A stretch of 64,000 nucleotides of DNA from Pontiella sp. (GCA_050290185.1 JBNKHE010000003.1:160001-224000); one strand, 5' to 3'; positions 38,639 through 48,777 are shown, counted from the first letter of the stretch. The notes: a model not told the origin generated them from the sequence alone. Made by a program: numbers and translations.

Positions 38639-39202
38639 ATGGTTAAAGTTGGACAAGAAGTACCTGATTTCGCAATAAGCGTTTATCAAAACGATGAAAT
38701 CAAGGAAGTGAAGCTTTCAGACTACAAAGGAAAATGGGTTGTACTCGTTTTTTATCCGGCCGACTTCACATTTGTATGCCCGACCGAGCTCGAAGATGTT
38801 GCCGCTCTATATCCGAAGTTTCAGGCTGCCGGCGCGGAAGTGATCAGCGTCAGCACTGATACCGCTTTTGTTCACAAGGCATGGCACGATAACTCCGAAG
38901 CCATCGGCAAGGTTGACTATCCGATGGGTGCCGATCCGACAGGTTCCGTAAGCAAGCTCTTCGATGTCTACATCGACAGTGAAGGTCTGGCACTTCGCGG
39001 CACCTTCATCATCGATCCCAACGGAGTTCTAAAGACCGCCGAGATTCATGATCTTGGTATTGGCCGAAGCGCAGAGGAAGCCCTCCGCAAGCTCGAAGCC
39101 GCAAATTTTGTACACGAAAACGGCGATCAGGTTTGCCCTGCAAACTGGAAGCCGGGTGCCGATACCCTCACGCCGGGTCTCGACCTCGTAGGAAAGATCT
39201 AA
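38639..39202 (+). CDS. ahpC: 2-Cys peroxiredoxin (alkyl hydroperoxide reductase C)
   Basis: FYPADFTFVCPTE, QVCPANW. Confidence 0.97.
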   Translation: MVKVGQEVPDFAISVYQNDEIKEVKLSDYKGKWVVLVFYPADFTFVCPTELEDVAALYPKFQAAGAEVISVSTDTAFVHKAWHDNSEAIGKVDYPMGADPTGSVSKLFDVYIDSEGLALRGTFIIDPNGVLKTAEIHDLGIGRSAEEALRKLEAANFVHENGDQVCPANWKPGADTLTPGLDLVGKI

Positions 39203-39234
39203 CTTCCCCTGGTTAGTTAACACACCCCACCCCA

Positions 39235-39273
39235 TGGGGGCGGCCCGCAACGGGCCGCCCCCAATTTTTTTTT
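39235..39273 (+). terminator. intrinsic terminator after ahpC
   Basis: TGGGGGCGGCCCG-CAA-CGGGCCGCCCCCA followed by a T9 tract. Confidence 0.92.
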
Positions 39274-39330
39274 ATGGGTTTTCCTCATGGAGGCGGTTTC
39301 TGGTTTCCCCGTTCTCAAAATCCGATTAAC

Positions 39331-40764
39331 ATGGCTTCCATGTGTAGGCGATCATCAAAACAGATATCAGTGACATTAGGGGTTGCGGGCATGTTCCTGT
39401 TGCTGTCCGGATGTTGCTCGCGGATGGAGGACCTCGGGCTGGCCTATTCCGGCGAAACGCAGGCGGATCATGTGCAGTTGCTGGTGGATGAGGCATGGAT
39501 GGATGAATCGGGCACACGCCAGGTACATCAGGAAATCTTCGACGCTGTATTTGAAATTATTGATGAGGCGGAGGGATTCATTCTGCTCGATTTCTTTCTT
39601 GTCAACGACTTCATGTACGAAGCCGGGCCCGGCATGCGGCCGCTAAGCCAGGAGATTGCGGATCACCTGTTGGCCAAACGCAGGGCTAGTCCCGCTGTGA
39701 AAATCATTTTTATCACTGATCCGATCAACACGATTTATGGATCAATGGAATCGCCGCAGTTCAAGGCCATGCAAGAAGCCGGGATCCAGATAGTTTGGAC
39801 GGAACTGAATCAGTTGCGCGATAGCAATCCCATTTATTCAAAGCCTTGGAGGCTGCTGGTTAAACCATGGGGTGTAGCACCGGGCGATACGCTGTCAAAT
39901 CCCTTGGGCGAGGGCCGTGTGTCGTTGCGCAGCATGCTGAAACTACTTAACTTTAAAGCGAACCACCGCAAACTGGTGGTCACGGAAAAGTCGTTGCTGG
40001 TCGCCAGTGCCAATCCGCACAGTGCCAGTAGTGCGCACTGGAACGTGGCACTGCGGATCGACGGTGCAGGGATGGAGCTCGGATGTGAATCGGAGTCCGC
40101 TATTCTGCGAATGTCGGGGCAGAAGACCTTTCATCCTGATGCTGGAACCACAGCGCCTGCCGCCGGACATTCATCGCCCTATAAAATCGAACTGCTCACC
40201 GAACAGAAGATTGAAGACCGGGTGGTGGATCTGTTGGATCATGCGCAACCGGGGAGCCGTATTGATCTGGGTATGTTTTATTTCTCCGACCGCCATGTGA
40301 ACGATGCGCTGCTTGATGCAAAGAGACGTGGTTGCGATGTGCGGGTCATTCTCGATCCGAACAAGGATGCGTTCGGGCGCACTAAAAACGGCATTCCAAA
40401 CCGGCAGACTGCTGCGAAGCTGGTCCATGCCGGCATCCCGTTGCGCTGGGCCGATACCCACGGCGAGCAATTTCATGTCAAAATTCTCTATGTCGAGCAT
40501 CCCGGTAACACTGCTACGGTACTGCTGGGTTCATGCAACTTTACCCGCCGCAACATGGACAACTTCAATGCAGAGTGCAGTATGGCGTGCACCGCCTCTA
40601 TGGATAGCGAAGTGATGGGGCGGGTGCGGGATACCTTCGAGCGATGGTGGAGCAACCCGGGCAGCCGCCTCTATACTGCGGAGTATTCCACCTACGCCGA
40701 TCCTTCGCGCATTCGTAAACTTCGCGAATGGCTCATGGAGACCACTGGCCTCAGTAGCTTTTGA
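39331..40764 (+). CDS. phospholipase D-family protein (two HKD-like motifs), probable lipoprotein
   Basis: NHRKLVV...SANPH and FHVK...GSCNFT; LLSGC lipobox; start uncertain. Confidence 0.85.
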   Translation: MASMCRRSSKQISVTLGVAGMFLLLSGCCSRMEDLGLAYSGETQADHVQLLVDEAWMDESGTRQVHQEIFDAVFEIIDEAEGFILLDFFLVNDFMYEAGPGMRPLSQEIADHLLAKRRASPAVKIIFITDPINTIYGSMESPQFKAMQEAGIQIVWTELNQLRDSNPIYSKPWRLLVKPWGVAPGDTLSNPLGEGRVSLRSMLKLLNFKANHRKLVVTEKSLLVASANPHSASSAHWNVALRIDGAGMELGCESESAILRMSGQKTFHPDAGTTAPAAGHSSPYKIELLTEQKIEDRVVDLLDHAQPGSRIDLGMFYFSDRHVNDALLDAKRRGCDVRVILDPNKDAFGRTKNGIPNRQTAAKLVHAGIPLRWADTHGEQFHVKILYVEHPGNTATVLLGSCNFTRRNMDNFNAECSMACTASMDSEVMGRVRDTFERWWSNPGSRLYTAEYSTYADPSRIRKLREWLMETTGLSSF

Positions 40765-40897
40765 CGATGGTGTCCTGGATCCGGTAATGGCGAGTGTGTC
40801 TTTAGTGCCAAAACCTTATGGTGTTTGTGGCGGGGGCATAGGATGTCCCCCAAGGCCTTGGGATCTGCGCCGTGCGTGCGCCGAGATGGTGGACCCA

Positions 40898-41980
40898 TCA
40901 ACGCATGCGGTGGATTTCGGTGGCGCCGATGGTCGTGAAGACAATGATGGCAGTCCATGCTCCGGCCCATGGGGCGAGGATCATCTGTTTGGCAAGGTAT
41001 TCCATGGTGAACTGAAGACCGTAGAATCCAAAGAACATGCCAATGGCAAGCATGATGCCGGCGAGGGCGCCTTTGCGTCCGGTGTGTGCGCCGACGGGGA
41101 TGCCGATGATGGTGGCGATGATGCAGATGAAGGGCATGGTAAGCTTGTGGTGGAAGTCCACTTCGAGTGCGTTGAGGGTTTCGGGGGAGAGAAACTGGTG
41201 GGTACTGATGTATTTCCGGAGTTCGAGCGAAGACTGGAACTGGGCGGATTTGGCTTCGCCCATAAAGTCTTCCGGGACTTCGGGGAGATTGCGCATTTCC
41301 TTGGTAAGGAATGATTCGGGTAGACCCAACCGGTTGTTATTTTCGTCGAACTTCTGAATGGTGCCGTCTTCGAACCACCAACGGTGATCGAGCCATTGCC
41401 CTTTACGGGCCGTGATTTTGAACTCGTCGGATCCATCGGGCCTGGTTTTCGTGAGGGAGATGCCGCGCATGGTGAAGGTGCGCGTGTCGAAATTTTCGAT
41501 ATACCAGCTGTGTCCAGCGGAAGGGTTTTCGAAGGGGATTTGCTCGAAGTAGGCCTCTTCGGAGTCATCCGTGTGGCTTTTGAGCAGTTGGTTGGCGCGG
41601 TAGGCGAACTTCGGGCCGGTGTATTCGTTGACCACGGCGGTAAGGCCGAAGCAGATGATCCCCATGAGCAGATAGGGGCGGACAATGCGGTAGATGCTGA
41701 CGCCGCTGGCGCGCATGGCCGTGATTTCGCTGTGTCGAGTAAGCATGGACAGGCTGTAGAGGGTGGCGAGCAACAGGCAGATCGGCACGATGAAAATGAC
41801 CATGGAAGGGAGCTGAAGGCTGTAGTAGTGGAGCGCCATAGAAAAGGACGCATCGGTGCGGAGCAACTCGGTGGCATTGTCCATGAGGTCGGCGATGATA
41901 AAGAGTAGCGTGAAGGCCAGCAGCAGGTAGAGCAGGGGCTTCAGCAAATTTATAAACAGGTGTCTGACGAGTATATTCAT
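40898..41980 (-). CDS. LptF/LptG (YjgP/YjgQ) family LPS export permease
   Basis: SEITAMRASGVS..RI..P motif, 3 TM + periplasmic beta-jellyroll + 3 TM. Confidence 0.9.
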   Translation of the reverse strand: MNILVRHLFINLLKPLLYLLLAFTLLFIIADLMDNATELLRTDASFSMALHYYSLQLPSMVIFIVPICLLLATLYSLSMLTRHSEITAMRASGVSIYRIVRPYLLMGIICFGLTAVVNEYTGPKFAYRANQLLKSHTDDSEEAYFEQIPFENPSAGHSWYIENFDTRTFTMRGISLTKTRPDGSDEFKITARKGQWLDHRWWFEDGTIQKFDENNNRLGLPESFLTKEMRNLPEVPEDFMGEAKSAQFQSSLELRKYISTHQFLSPETLNALEVDFHHKLTMPFICIIATIIGIPVGAHTGRKGALAGIMLAIGMFFGFYGLQFTMEYLAKQMILAPWAGAWTAIIVFTTIGATEIHRMR

Positions 41981-42087
41981 AGTATGGATGGGCAGTACGG
42001 TAGCGGTAAAACCGGAGTACGGCAAGCGTTGAAAAGCGGATGGAGTGCGTGTAGGGTCAGCGCAATCAACAAGGAGTTTTTTTTACT

Positions 42088-43617
42088 ATGTCTTCCATCG
42101 GAAATATCGGCGAAAACCGCGTAAACGATCCGGCAACAATCGTCATATTCGGGGCCTCGGGCGACCTGACGCACCGCAAGCTTATCCCTGCGCTCTACAT
42201 TGCCTATGCGCAAAACCTGCTTCCTGAAAAATTTACCATTATCGGTGTTGCCCGGCGCGACTACGATGACGACGTCTTCCGGGGGATGATGGCTTCCTCG
42301 ATCAAGGAATTTTCGCGTGTCGCGGTCGAGGAGGAAGCGGTTGACCGGTTTGTTCAGCATATTCACTATCATAAGGGCGATATATCAACGCCGGAGGCGT
42401 ATGAAGCCTTGAAGGAGCGTTTGCAGGATGTGGAGACCTATCCGGAAAACCGGCTCTACTATCTGTCGATCATTCCGTCGCTGTTCGAAACCGTGGTTCA
42501 GTTGCTGAAGACGACCGATCTGATTGCTCCTCCGGGGGCTGCGTACTGGACACGGGTGGTCATCGAAAAACCCTTTGGCAAGGACTTGCCGAGCGCCAGG
42601 GCGCTCAATGCCGAATTGCTGCGCAACCTCGATGAGTCGCAGATCTACCGTATCGATCATTATCTGGGCAAAGAGACCGTACAGAACATCCTGTCGTTCC
42701 GTTTTGCCAATGCCATCTTCGAGCCGGTTTTCAACCGTAGCTACATCGACCATATCCAGATTACCGCGTCCGAAACCGTCGGCATGGAAATGGGGCGGGG
42801 CGGCTACTACGATGAGTATGGCGCGCTGCGCGATATGATGACCAATCATCTGCTCCAACTGCTCTGTCTCATTACGATGGAGGCACCCGGCGATCTATCG
42901 GCCGAATCGATCCGCAATGAAAAAGTGAAAGTGCTCCATGCCATGCGGCTCGATATCCGCAAAAATATTTCTGACGCGGTCTGTCGTGGCCAGTATGGAA
43001 AGGGAGTCGATTCCGATGGAAAGCAGATCAAAGGCTATCTGGAAGAAGACCGCATTGATAAACATTCCAACACGGAAACATTCGCGGCCCTTCGTCTTTC
43101 CATCAACAACTGGCGTTGGGCCGGCGTACCGATCCTGATGCGCACCGGCAAGCGCATGGCGAAGAAAACCACGGAGGTCGTTGTTCAATTCAAGGTGCCG
43201 CCGCTCCAGCTTTTCCAGCAGGTCGAATGCGAAGACGATGTCTGCGATATTACCCGCATCAAGCCCAACACGTTGATCTTCCAGATCCAGCCGAACGAGG
43301 GGATCTTTCTGAAAGTCGACACCAAACGGCCCGGAATGCGCTTTGTGGTGGAGGATGTGAAGATGGATTTTTCCTATTCAGGCACTTGGAACAAGTCGTT
43401 GCCCGAAGCCTACGAACGACTCCTGCTTGATACGTTGCATGGGGACTCCACGCTCTTTACCCGTTCCGACGAAGTCGAGGCCGAGTGGCACGTGGTTCAA
43501 CCTGTACTCGACAATATTGAGCATCTGAAGCCTTACACCTATCCGCCGGGTGAATGGGGCATGCCCGAAGCCGACTGGCTATTCCACGGGGTGGAAGGTG
43601 AGTGGCGGAATAAATAA
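42088..43617 (+). CDS. zwf: glucose-6-phosphate 1-dehydrogenase
   Basis: GASGDL, EKPFG, RIDHYLGKE, RWAGVP..RTGK, AYERLL. Confidence 0.97.
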   Translation: MSSIGNIGENRVNDPATIVIFGASGDLTHRKLIPALYIAYAQNLLPEKFTIIGVARRDYDDDVFRGMMASSIKEFSRVAVEEEAVDRFVQHIHYHKGDISTPEAYEALKERLQDVETYPENRLYYLSIIPSLFETVVQLLKTTDLIAPPGAAYWTRVVIEKPFGKDLPSARALNAELLRNLDESQIYRIDHYLGKETVQNILSFRFANAIFEPVFNRSYIDHIQITASETVGMEMGRGGYYDEYGALRDMMTNHLLQLLCLITMEAPGDLSAESIRNEKVKVLHAMRLDIRKNISDAVCRGQYGKGVDSDGKQIKGYLEEDRIDKHSNTETFAALRLSINNWRWAGVPILMRTGKRMAKKTTEVVVQFKVPPLQLFQQVECEDDVCDITRIKPNTLIFQIQPNEGIFLKVDTKRPGMRFVVEDVKMDFSYSGTWNKSLPEAYERLLLDTLHGDSTLFTRSDEVEAEWHVVQPVLDNIEHLKPYTYPPGEWGMPEADWLFHGVEGEWRNK

Positions 43618-43680
43618 CGACGAGGCAATAGGCACACTGCATTGGATACGAGGGATAAAACGGAGAGGTTGCGAGTCGGT

Positions 43681-44001
43681 ATGGACACGTTGTTTGTTTA
43701 TGTGACGGTAAAGGACGGGGCCGAAGCAAAACTGATCGCACGGACCGTGGTCGGGGAGCGGTTGGCCGCCTGTGCAAATCTGTTGGGTGGTATCGAATCC
43801 ATCTACTGGTGGCAGGGAAAGGTCTGTGAGGATAGCGAAGTGGCCCTCATTCTTAAAACCTCCGCGGAGCGAAAAGATGAATTGATCGACCGGATCAAGG
43901 AACTGCATTCCTACGAATGCCCCTGCATCGTCTGCCTCCCGATCGCCGACGGAAACCACGCCTTCCTTAACTGGATCGCCGCCGAAACCGGGCATTGTTA
44001 G
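43681..44001 (+). CDS. cutA: divalent-cation tolerance protein CutA
   Basis: ERLAACAN, SIYWWQG, LHSYECP. Confidence 0.92.
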   Translation: MDTLFVYVTVKDGAEAKLIARTVVGERLAACANLLGGIESIYWWQGKVCEDSEVALILKTSAERKDELIDRIKELHSYECPCIVCLPIADGNHAFLNWIAAETGHC

Positions 44002-44121
44002 TCATCTCTATCCCAATCCGATAATGTTGATCCGCTCGGTTCGCTCTCTCTATTTTATTCGAAACCTATGTTTCGCTGTGCAGGGTCTTCCTGCACCAAC
44101 ATCGCAAGGATCTGGAGTTAT

Positions 44122-45399
44122 CTACTTCGCGACCTTTGCATCCTTCTGTTTAAAGCGGGTTCCGGCTTCGCCGGGTTGGAATGAGGGCTTGTTGATATAG
44201 ATATCGTCATCCGTTCCATCGATGCCGTCCGGTCCGATGCAATAGAATCGATGGTGGATTTCGTCAAAGGCATACGCAGCACCTGTGTAGGGATCATGCA
44301 ATTCTAACATCTCATCCTGTCGTTTGTGGATTTCAAGCGCCAACAGCTCGCTTTTGACCTGTGTTGCAATGGCATGGTCATACGCTTTGGTAAGCGAGGG
44401 GATCATGATCGCAATGATCAATCTTCCTGATCCATTCCAGGGATTATATGCGCGGATGCCCGAGAATAGATTGTCGTTTTGTGTGCTGGCGTGCACGATT
44501 TGGGGTTTTGGATCGTCACCTCGAGTGCAGGTTTTCAGCATCGGTTCGTAGAAATTCTGGAAATATTGCAGGGTTTGGTTGGGTTTGAAGAAGAATGATT
44601 TTGTGGAAGCCCATTTAGGAATCGATCCGGATTCGCGCATGGATTGGACAAGTTCTTTTTGCATAGATATATTTACTACATATTGTGCTCCAGCATATTC
44701 GGATAACAGGGGGCGAAACCATGAGATGTCTTCATCGGACAAAGGCAGAAAAACTTCATTCAGAATCTTGAGCTGATCCTGCGTACAGTCCGAATTGCGA
44801 ATGATCAGATCTGCGGTCTGTAGATCCTTATTCGCCATAGCTATAAAGATCATGCGGGAAACCAGAGTCGTCGAGTAGGGCAGGCTTTTTCTAACCATGG
44901 TATAATGCTGCACGAGTATATTGATCCCTTCTAAAACATGATTCTGTTGGGACTGTAATGTCGCATAGACACTATAAAGCTGGGTTAGTTTGCGTTGCAT
45001 CTGGAATGCCGGAAGGGGCATTTCTATCATATCCGGTTGTTCTTCCGGATTGTTCCAGTCGGTGATGAACGGAAATTGGTTCAGGTCGTTGATGTATTGC
45101 CGAGCATCTTCACATCCGACCCAGGCTTGCTCAATCGCTTCGGCATGGGGGAGTAGATTACTCCAGGTACCCGCAAGTTCCAGTATGTCGTCGGAAAGTG
45201 CGATGTGTAGTTCGTTTGTTCCGTTTTTCCGATAGTGCATCAGCGTGTCGTAGCTGGCCGCCACTTCGGCGGGGACTTTGAGGTTGTGCCAGGTGTAGTT
45301 GATTTCGGGGGACGGGCAGTCATAGACCGATGCGCCAATAAGTCCTGCGGTTACGCATCCGCCCACCCCTGACCAGATCCAGGCTGTTTTCGTTTTCAT
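44122..45399 (-). CDS. hypothetical membrane-anchored helical protein with GspG-like C-terminal motif
   Basis: 425-aa ORF, N-terminal hydrophobic segment, C-terminal DPYTG..Y......FYCIGPDGIDGTDDDI. Confidence 0.7.
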   Translation of the reverse strand: MKTKTAWIWSGVGGCVTAGLIGASVYDCPSPEINYTWHNLKVPAEVAASYDTLMHYRKNGTNELHIALSDDILELAGTWSNLLPHAEAIEQAWVGCEDARQYINDLNQFPFITDWNNPEEQPDMIEMPLPAFQMQRKLTQLYSVYATLQSQQNHVLEGINILVQHYTMVRKSLPYSTTLVSRMIFIAMANKDLQTADLIIRNSDCTQDQLKILNEVFLPLSDEDISWFRPLLSEYAGAQYVVNISMQKELVQSMRESGSIPKWASTKSFFFKPNQTLQYFQNFYEPMLKTCTRGDDPKPQIVHASTQNDNLFSGIRAYNPWNGSGRLIIAIMIPSLTKAYDHAIATQVKSELLALEIHKRQDEMLELHDPYTGAAYAFDEIHHRFYCIGPDGIDGTDDDIYINKPSFQPGEAGTRFKQKDAKVAK

Positions 45400-45488
45400 A
45401 GGTTTGAAAAGAGCATGTTATGTGCCGCGAATCAAAGTTTTGATAAATACTTGCCGTCAACGCCGGATGGATGGAAGTTATCCAGCTT

Positions 45489-46232
45489 ATGTCGACACGT
45501 TATAAAATCAAGATTTCGTACGATGGCACGAACTATTCGGGCTGGCAGGTGCAGCCGCACCATCGCACGGTGCAGGGCGAACTTGAGCGCCTGATTGCGG
45601 AGATGACGAATCAGAAGCATGTGCGCATCGAGTCGTCGGGGCGCACGGATACCGGCGTACATGCCCGCGCCCAAGTGGCGCATTTCGACCTGAAAAAGCC
45701 GATTAATCCCAAATATTTCCAGCGGGGACTCAATGCCCAGCTCGATCGCGATATTCGTGTGGTAACTTGCGAGCCGGTATCGTCCGATTTCCACGCGCGC
45801 TTCAGTGCGGTGGGCAAGGAATACCGCTATTTCATCTACAACGGCCTGATCGTTCCGCCCACGAAACGGCTCTACCGCTTGCAGGAAGGCCGTCCACTCG
45901 ACGTTGATCGCATGCGTCGGGCAGCCGATCTGTTGGTGGGCGAGCACGATTTTGCGCCGTTTGCGGCGAACCGCAAGGTGCCGATAAAAAGCACGGTGCG
46001 GACGATCCATTCGTTCCATGTCCGCAAGCACGGTGCCGATATCACGCTGGAAGTGCAGGGCAATGGATTCCTCTACAAGATGGTGCGCGGCCTTGCCGGT
46101 TTTTTGATCCATGTCGGCATGGGGCGGTTGGAGCCCGAAGCGGTGCACGATATTCTGGAACATGGGAAACGAACGGCTAAGGTGCAGACCGCCCAGCCAC
46201 ACGGCCTTTTCTTGTGGAAAGTCTTTTATTGA
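45489..46232 (+). CDS. truA: tRNA pseudouridine(38-40) synthase
   Basis: YDGTNYSGWQ, SGRTDTGVHA, FHARF, GEHDF, GFLYKMVR. Confidence 0.97.
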   Translation: MSTRYKIKISYDGTNYSGWQVQPHHRTVQGELERLIAEMTNQKHVRIESSGRTDTGVHARAQVAHFDLKKPINPKYFQRGLNAQLDRDIRVVTCEPVSSDFHARFSAVGKEYRYFIYNGLIVPPTKRLYRLQEGRPLDVDRMRRAADLLVGEHDFAPFAANRKVPIKSTVRTIHSFHVRKHGADITLEVQGNGFLYKMVRGLAGFLIHVGMGRLEPEAVHDILEHGKRTAKVQTAQPHGLFLWKVFY

Positions 46233-46241
46233 TCCTCTTTG

Positions 46242-46404
46242 TATTTCGGGTGGGCAGAAACCCGCGATAAAGAGTTTTCCGAATGTCTGGTTTTGGTCCG
46301 GGATGAACGCGGAGAGATCATTGCGTACAACTCCCGCCAGGAAATGGCTGTTCAATAATTTGGATACGCTGGGGACATTGCCGATTGGTGCCTGGGTTGA
46401 ATAA
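46242..46404 (+). pseudogene. relic C-terminal fragment paralogous to the SHD1 protein at 1-692
   Basis: LVLVRDERGEIIAYNS, then a frameshift, then KWLFNNLDTLGTLPIGAWVE*, versus LILVRDELGNIIEHKGRSEWLFKNLDKLEKLPVGAWIN. Confidence 0.75.
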
Positions 46405-46491
46405 TACCTGTTCCAGCGTACATCCAACCTCTCCAAAAGACACAAAGGCCGGAGAGCCACGCCGCTATTTTTTTTAGTAATATTCGAAAGA

Positions 46492-46525
46492 AAAAGCCCT
46501 GCAATTCATTGAATTGCAGGGCTTT
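46492..46525 (-). terminator. intrinsic terminator after tRNA-Lys
   Basis: AAAGCCCTGCAATTCA-T-TGAATTGCAGGGCTTT perfect inverted repeat. Confidence 0.85.
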
Positions 46526-46530
46526 AGTAT

Positions 46531-46606
46531 TGGTGAGCCGGCCGGGGCTCGAACCCGGGACCCTTTGATTAAAAGTCAAATGCTCTACCGACTGAGCTAC
46601 CGGCCC
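46531..46606 (-). tRNA. tRNA-Lys (anticodon TTT)
   Basis: Reverse complement GGGCCGGTAGCTCAGTCGGTAGAGCATTTGACTTTTAATCAAAGGGTCCCGGGTTCGAGCCCCGGCCGGCTCACCA, 76-nt cloverleaf. Confidence 0.97.
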
Positions 46607-46780
46607 AAAATTGGGCATCCGAGCGGGTGTTTTTTCTGACTTCCCGCAAAGGAGGAGGTTTTCTACAGAATCACCCTAGGCAGAGCAAGAGCTAATTATT
46701 TGTTTTCTTTTCATTCCCATGTCCATGTTTATTCCTTAAGCTGTTTACAAGCATGGGCAGTAGCGTGAAGGGAGATCAGT

Positions 46781-48019
46781 GTGAATGTAGTGGGATTGAT
46801 TTTAGGTGGCGGGGCTGGGAGTCGATTGCAACCCTTGACGAAGGAGCGCTCAAAGCCGGCGGTTCCGATTGCCGGGAAATACCGGTTGGTCGATATTCCA
46901 ATCAGCAACTGCATCAACAGCGGCATCCGCAAGATCTTCCTGCTCACCCAATATAACAGTGTGTCGCTCCACCAGCATATCTCTGCCACGTTCCGTTTTG
47001 ATCAGTTTAGCGGCGGACATGTTCGGGTTCTTGCCGCTGAGCAGACGCCGGATTCCGATGGCTGGTTCCAGGGGACCGCCGACGCCGTGCGGCGCTCGAT
47101 ACGCTATTTTATGGATGACCGCCCGGATATCGTGGTGATCCTGGCCGGTGACCAGCTCTATCGCATGAATCTCAGTGATGTCATCGAAGCCCATATTAAG
47201 AATAATGCCGATATAACCATAAGCACCAAACCGGTCAATCGCGAGGAAACCGGGGCACTGGGGATTATGCAGACCGATAAGCACGGTCAGATCATTCGTT
47301 TTGTCGAAAAGCCCGCCGATTCTCCTTTGTTGGATGGGTTGCAGGCTCCTATGTATGGAGAAGAACGCTATCTGGCCAGCATGGGCATCTATGTTTTTAA
47401 CATGGATGTTTTAGCCGAACTGCTTCACCGCAATGCCGAATCGGACTTTGGCAAGCATATCATTCCAGGAGCGATTGAATCGCATAAGGTATACAGCTAT
47501 ATCTTTGACGAATACTGGGAAGATATCGGAACGATCCGATCCTTTTGGGCAGCCAACCTTGCGTTGGCCGATGCTCTGCCCAGTTTTTCATTCTATGAAA
47601 TGAATGCCCCGATTTATACCAACATGCGCTACCTGCCTCCTTCCAAGATTAACCAGTGCGATGTCAGCCGTTCCCTGTTGTCCGATGGATGCATCATTTC
47701 CGGAGAGCGGATCGTACATTCGGTCGTCGGACTGCGTGCAAAGGTGGGCGAGGGGACAAGCATTGAGGATTCGATTATCATGGGGGCTGATTATTACGAG
47801 CATGGCCCGATTGAACACCCCTCGGGAATTCCCATGGGGATCGGGAGGAACTGCACCGTTAAACAGGCGATTATCGATAAGAATGTCCGTGTCGGCGACG
47901 GCGTGGTTATTACGCCCGACGGCAAGCATTCCGATGTGGAAACGGAGCTGTATTGGATCCGCGATGGCATCATCGTCATACCCAAGAATACCATCATTCC
48001 GGCGGGGACCGTTCTTTAA
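46781..48019 (+). CDS. glgC: glucose-1-phosphate adenylyltransferase
   Basis: ILGGGAGSRLQPLT..RSKPAVP, WFQGTADAVR, FVEKP, ASMGIYVF, YWEDIGT, beta-helix tail. Confidence 0.97.
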   Translation: MNVVGLILGGGAGSRLQPLTKERSKPAVPIAGKYRLVDIPISNCINSGIRKIFLLTQYNSVSLHQHISATFRFDQFSGGHVRVLAAEQTPDSDGWFQGTADAVRRSIRYFMDDRPDIVVILAGDQLYRMNLSDVIEAHIKNNADITISTKPVNREETGALGIMQTDKHGQIIRFVEKPADSPLLDGLQAPMYGEERYLASMGIYVFNMDVLAELLHRNAESDFGKHIIPGAIESHKVYSYIFDEYWEDIGTIRSFWAANLALADALPSFSFYEMNAPIYTNMRYLPPSKINQCDVSRSLLSDGCIISGERIVHSVVGLRAKVGEGTSIEDSIIMGADYYEHGPIEHPSGIPMGIGRNCTVKQAIIDKNVRVGDGVVITPDGKHSDVETELYWIRDGIIVIPKNTIIPAGTVL

Positions 48020-48202
48020 GCCTCTTGGGAGTGGATGGAAAATCAAGGCTTGCGCAAGATACTGCCATCGGGTAGGTTTTCGCACTTTAACCCGCACAAC
48101 AACACACCGCCAACCCACGCAAAACCCATTGATGAATGCGTATGGCAGGAACGACGGTGTAGGTGCATGGAACAATGAAAACAAAACAAAAAGGAATATA
48201 AC

Positions 48203-48769
48203 ATGGGTTTATTCAACCTGTTCAAACCAGCCGAAACCGTGCTGGTAGTCGATGTCGTGGCGCTACACGAGTCTCTGGGCATGAAGGGCAATATTGCACC
48301 GCGCAACCAACTGCAAACCTTCCGCCGTCTGGCCCGGTTTGCTGATCGTGAAAAGGTGACGGTCGTTGCCGTATCCTCCGGCTCGCCGTTGAACAAGGCG
48401 CCGGCCGGCAAGAAATTCGAAGGAGTCGTCATCCTCTACAGCAAGTCTCTCGGCGATCACTCCAAATATCTGGTAAAAACCGTACGTTCAAAAGGGGCCG
48501 GAGCCATCCTTGTTTCGGGAGGCGCAGAAGCGGAAAAGCTGCTGGGCGGTTCTGCCAAGAAGATGCGAATCAGTACGTTCCGCAAGGCATTCGATACCGG
48601 CGGTGGCGAGTCGGATCAGCCGGACCGCAACAGCGGGCGCGGCAACCGTCCTCCCCGGCGAAACAAACCGAAGCCCGTGCAAAACCAAAACGAGCCGAAG
48701 CCTGAGCGCCGACCCAAGGAAAGTTCCCAGGCTGATGCGATCAATGAGCTGATTGATCTAGTCGACTAG
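48203..48769 (+). CDS. hypothetical protein (possible degenerate PIN/NYN-like fold plus basic disordered tail)
   Basis: AAAGGA RBS; alternating alpha/beta N-terminus (VLVVD...ILVSG); R/P/N-rich tail. Confidence 0.6.
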   Translation: MGLFNLFKPAETVLVVDVVALHESLGMKGNIAPRNQLQTFRRLARFADREKVTVVAVSSGSPLNKAPAGKKFEGVVILYSKSLGDHSKYLVKTVRSKGAGAILVSGGAEAEKLLGGSAKKMRISTFRKAFDTGGGESDQPDRNSGRGNRPPRRNKPKPVQNQNEPKPERRPKESSQADAINELIDLVD

Positions 48770-48777
48770 GCGGTGCC

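Noticed and set aside
40898..41980. Lone lptF/G as a sign of a novel transporter
   Set aside because: Split lptF and lptG loci occur; the partner is probably elsewhere in the genome and cannot be assessed here
46405..46606. Integrative element at tRNA-Lys or tRNA-Leu
   Set aside because: No integrase and no duplicated tRNA 3' end seen in the window
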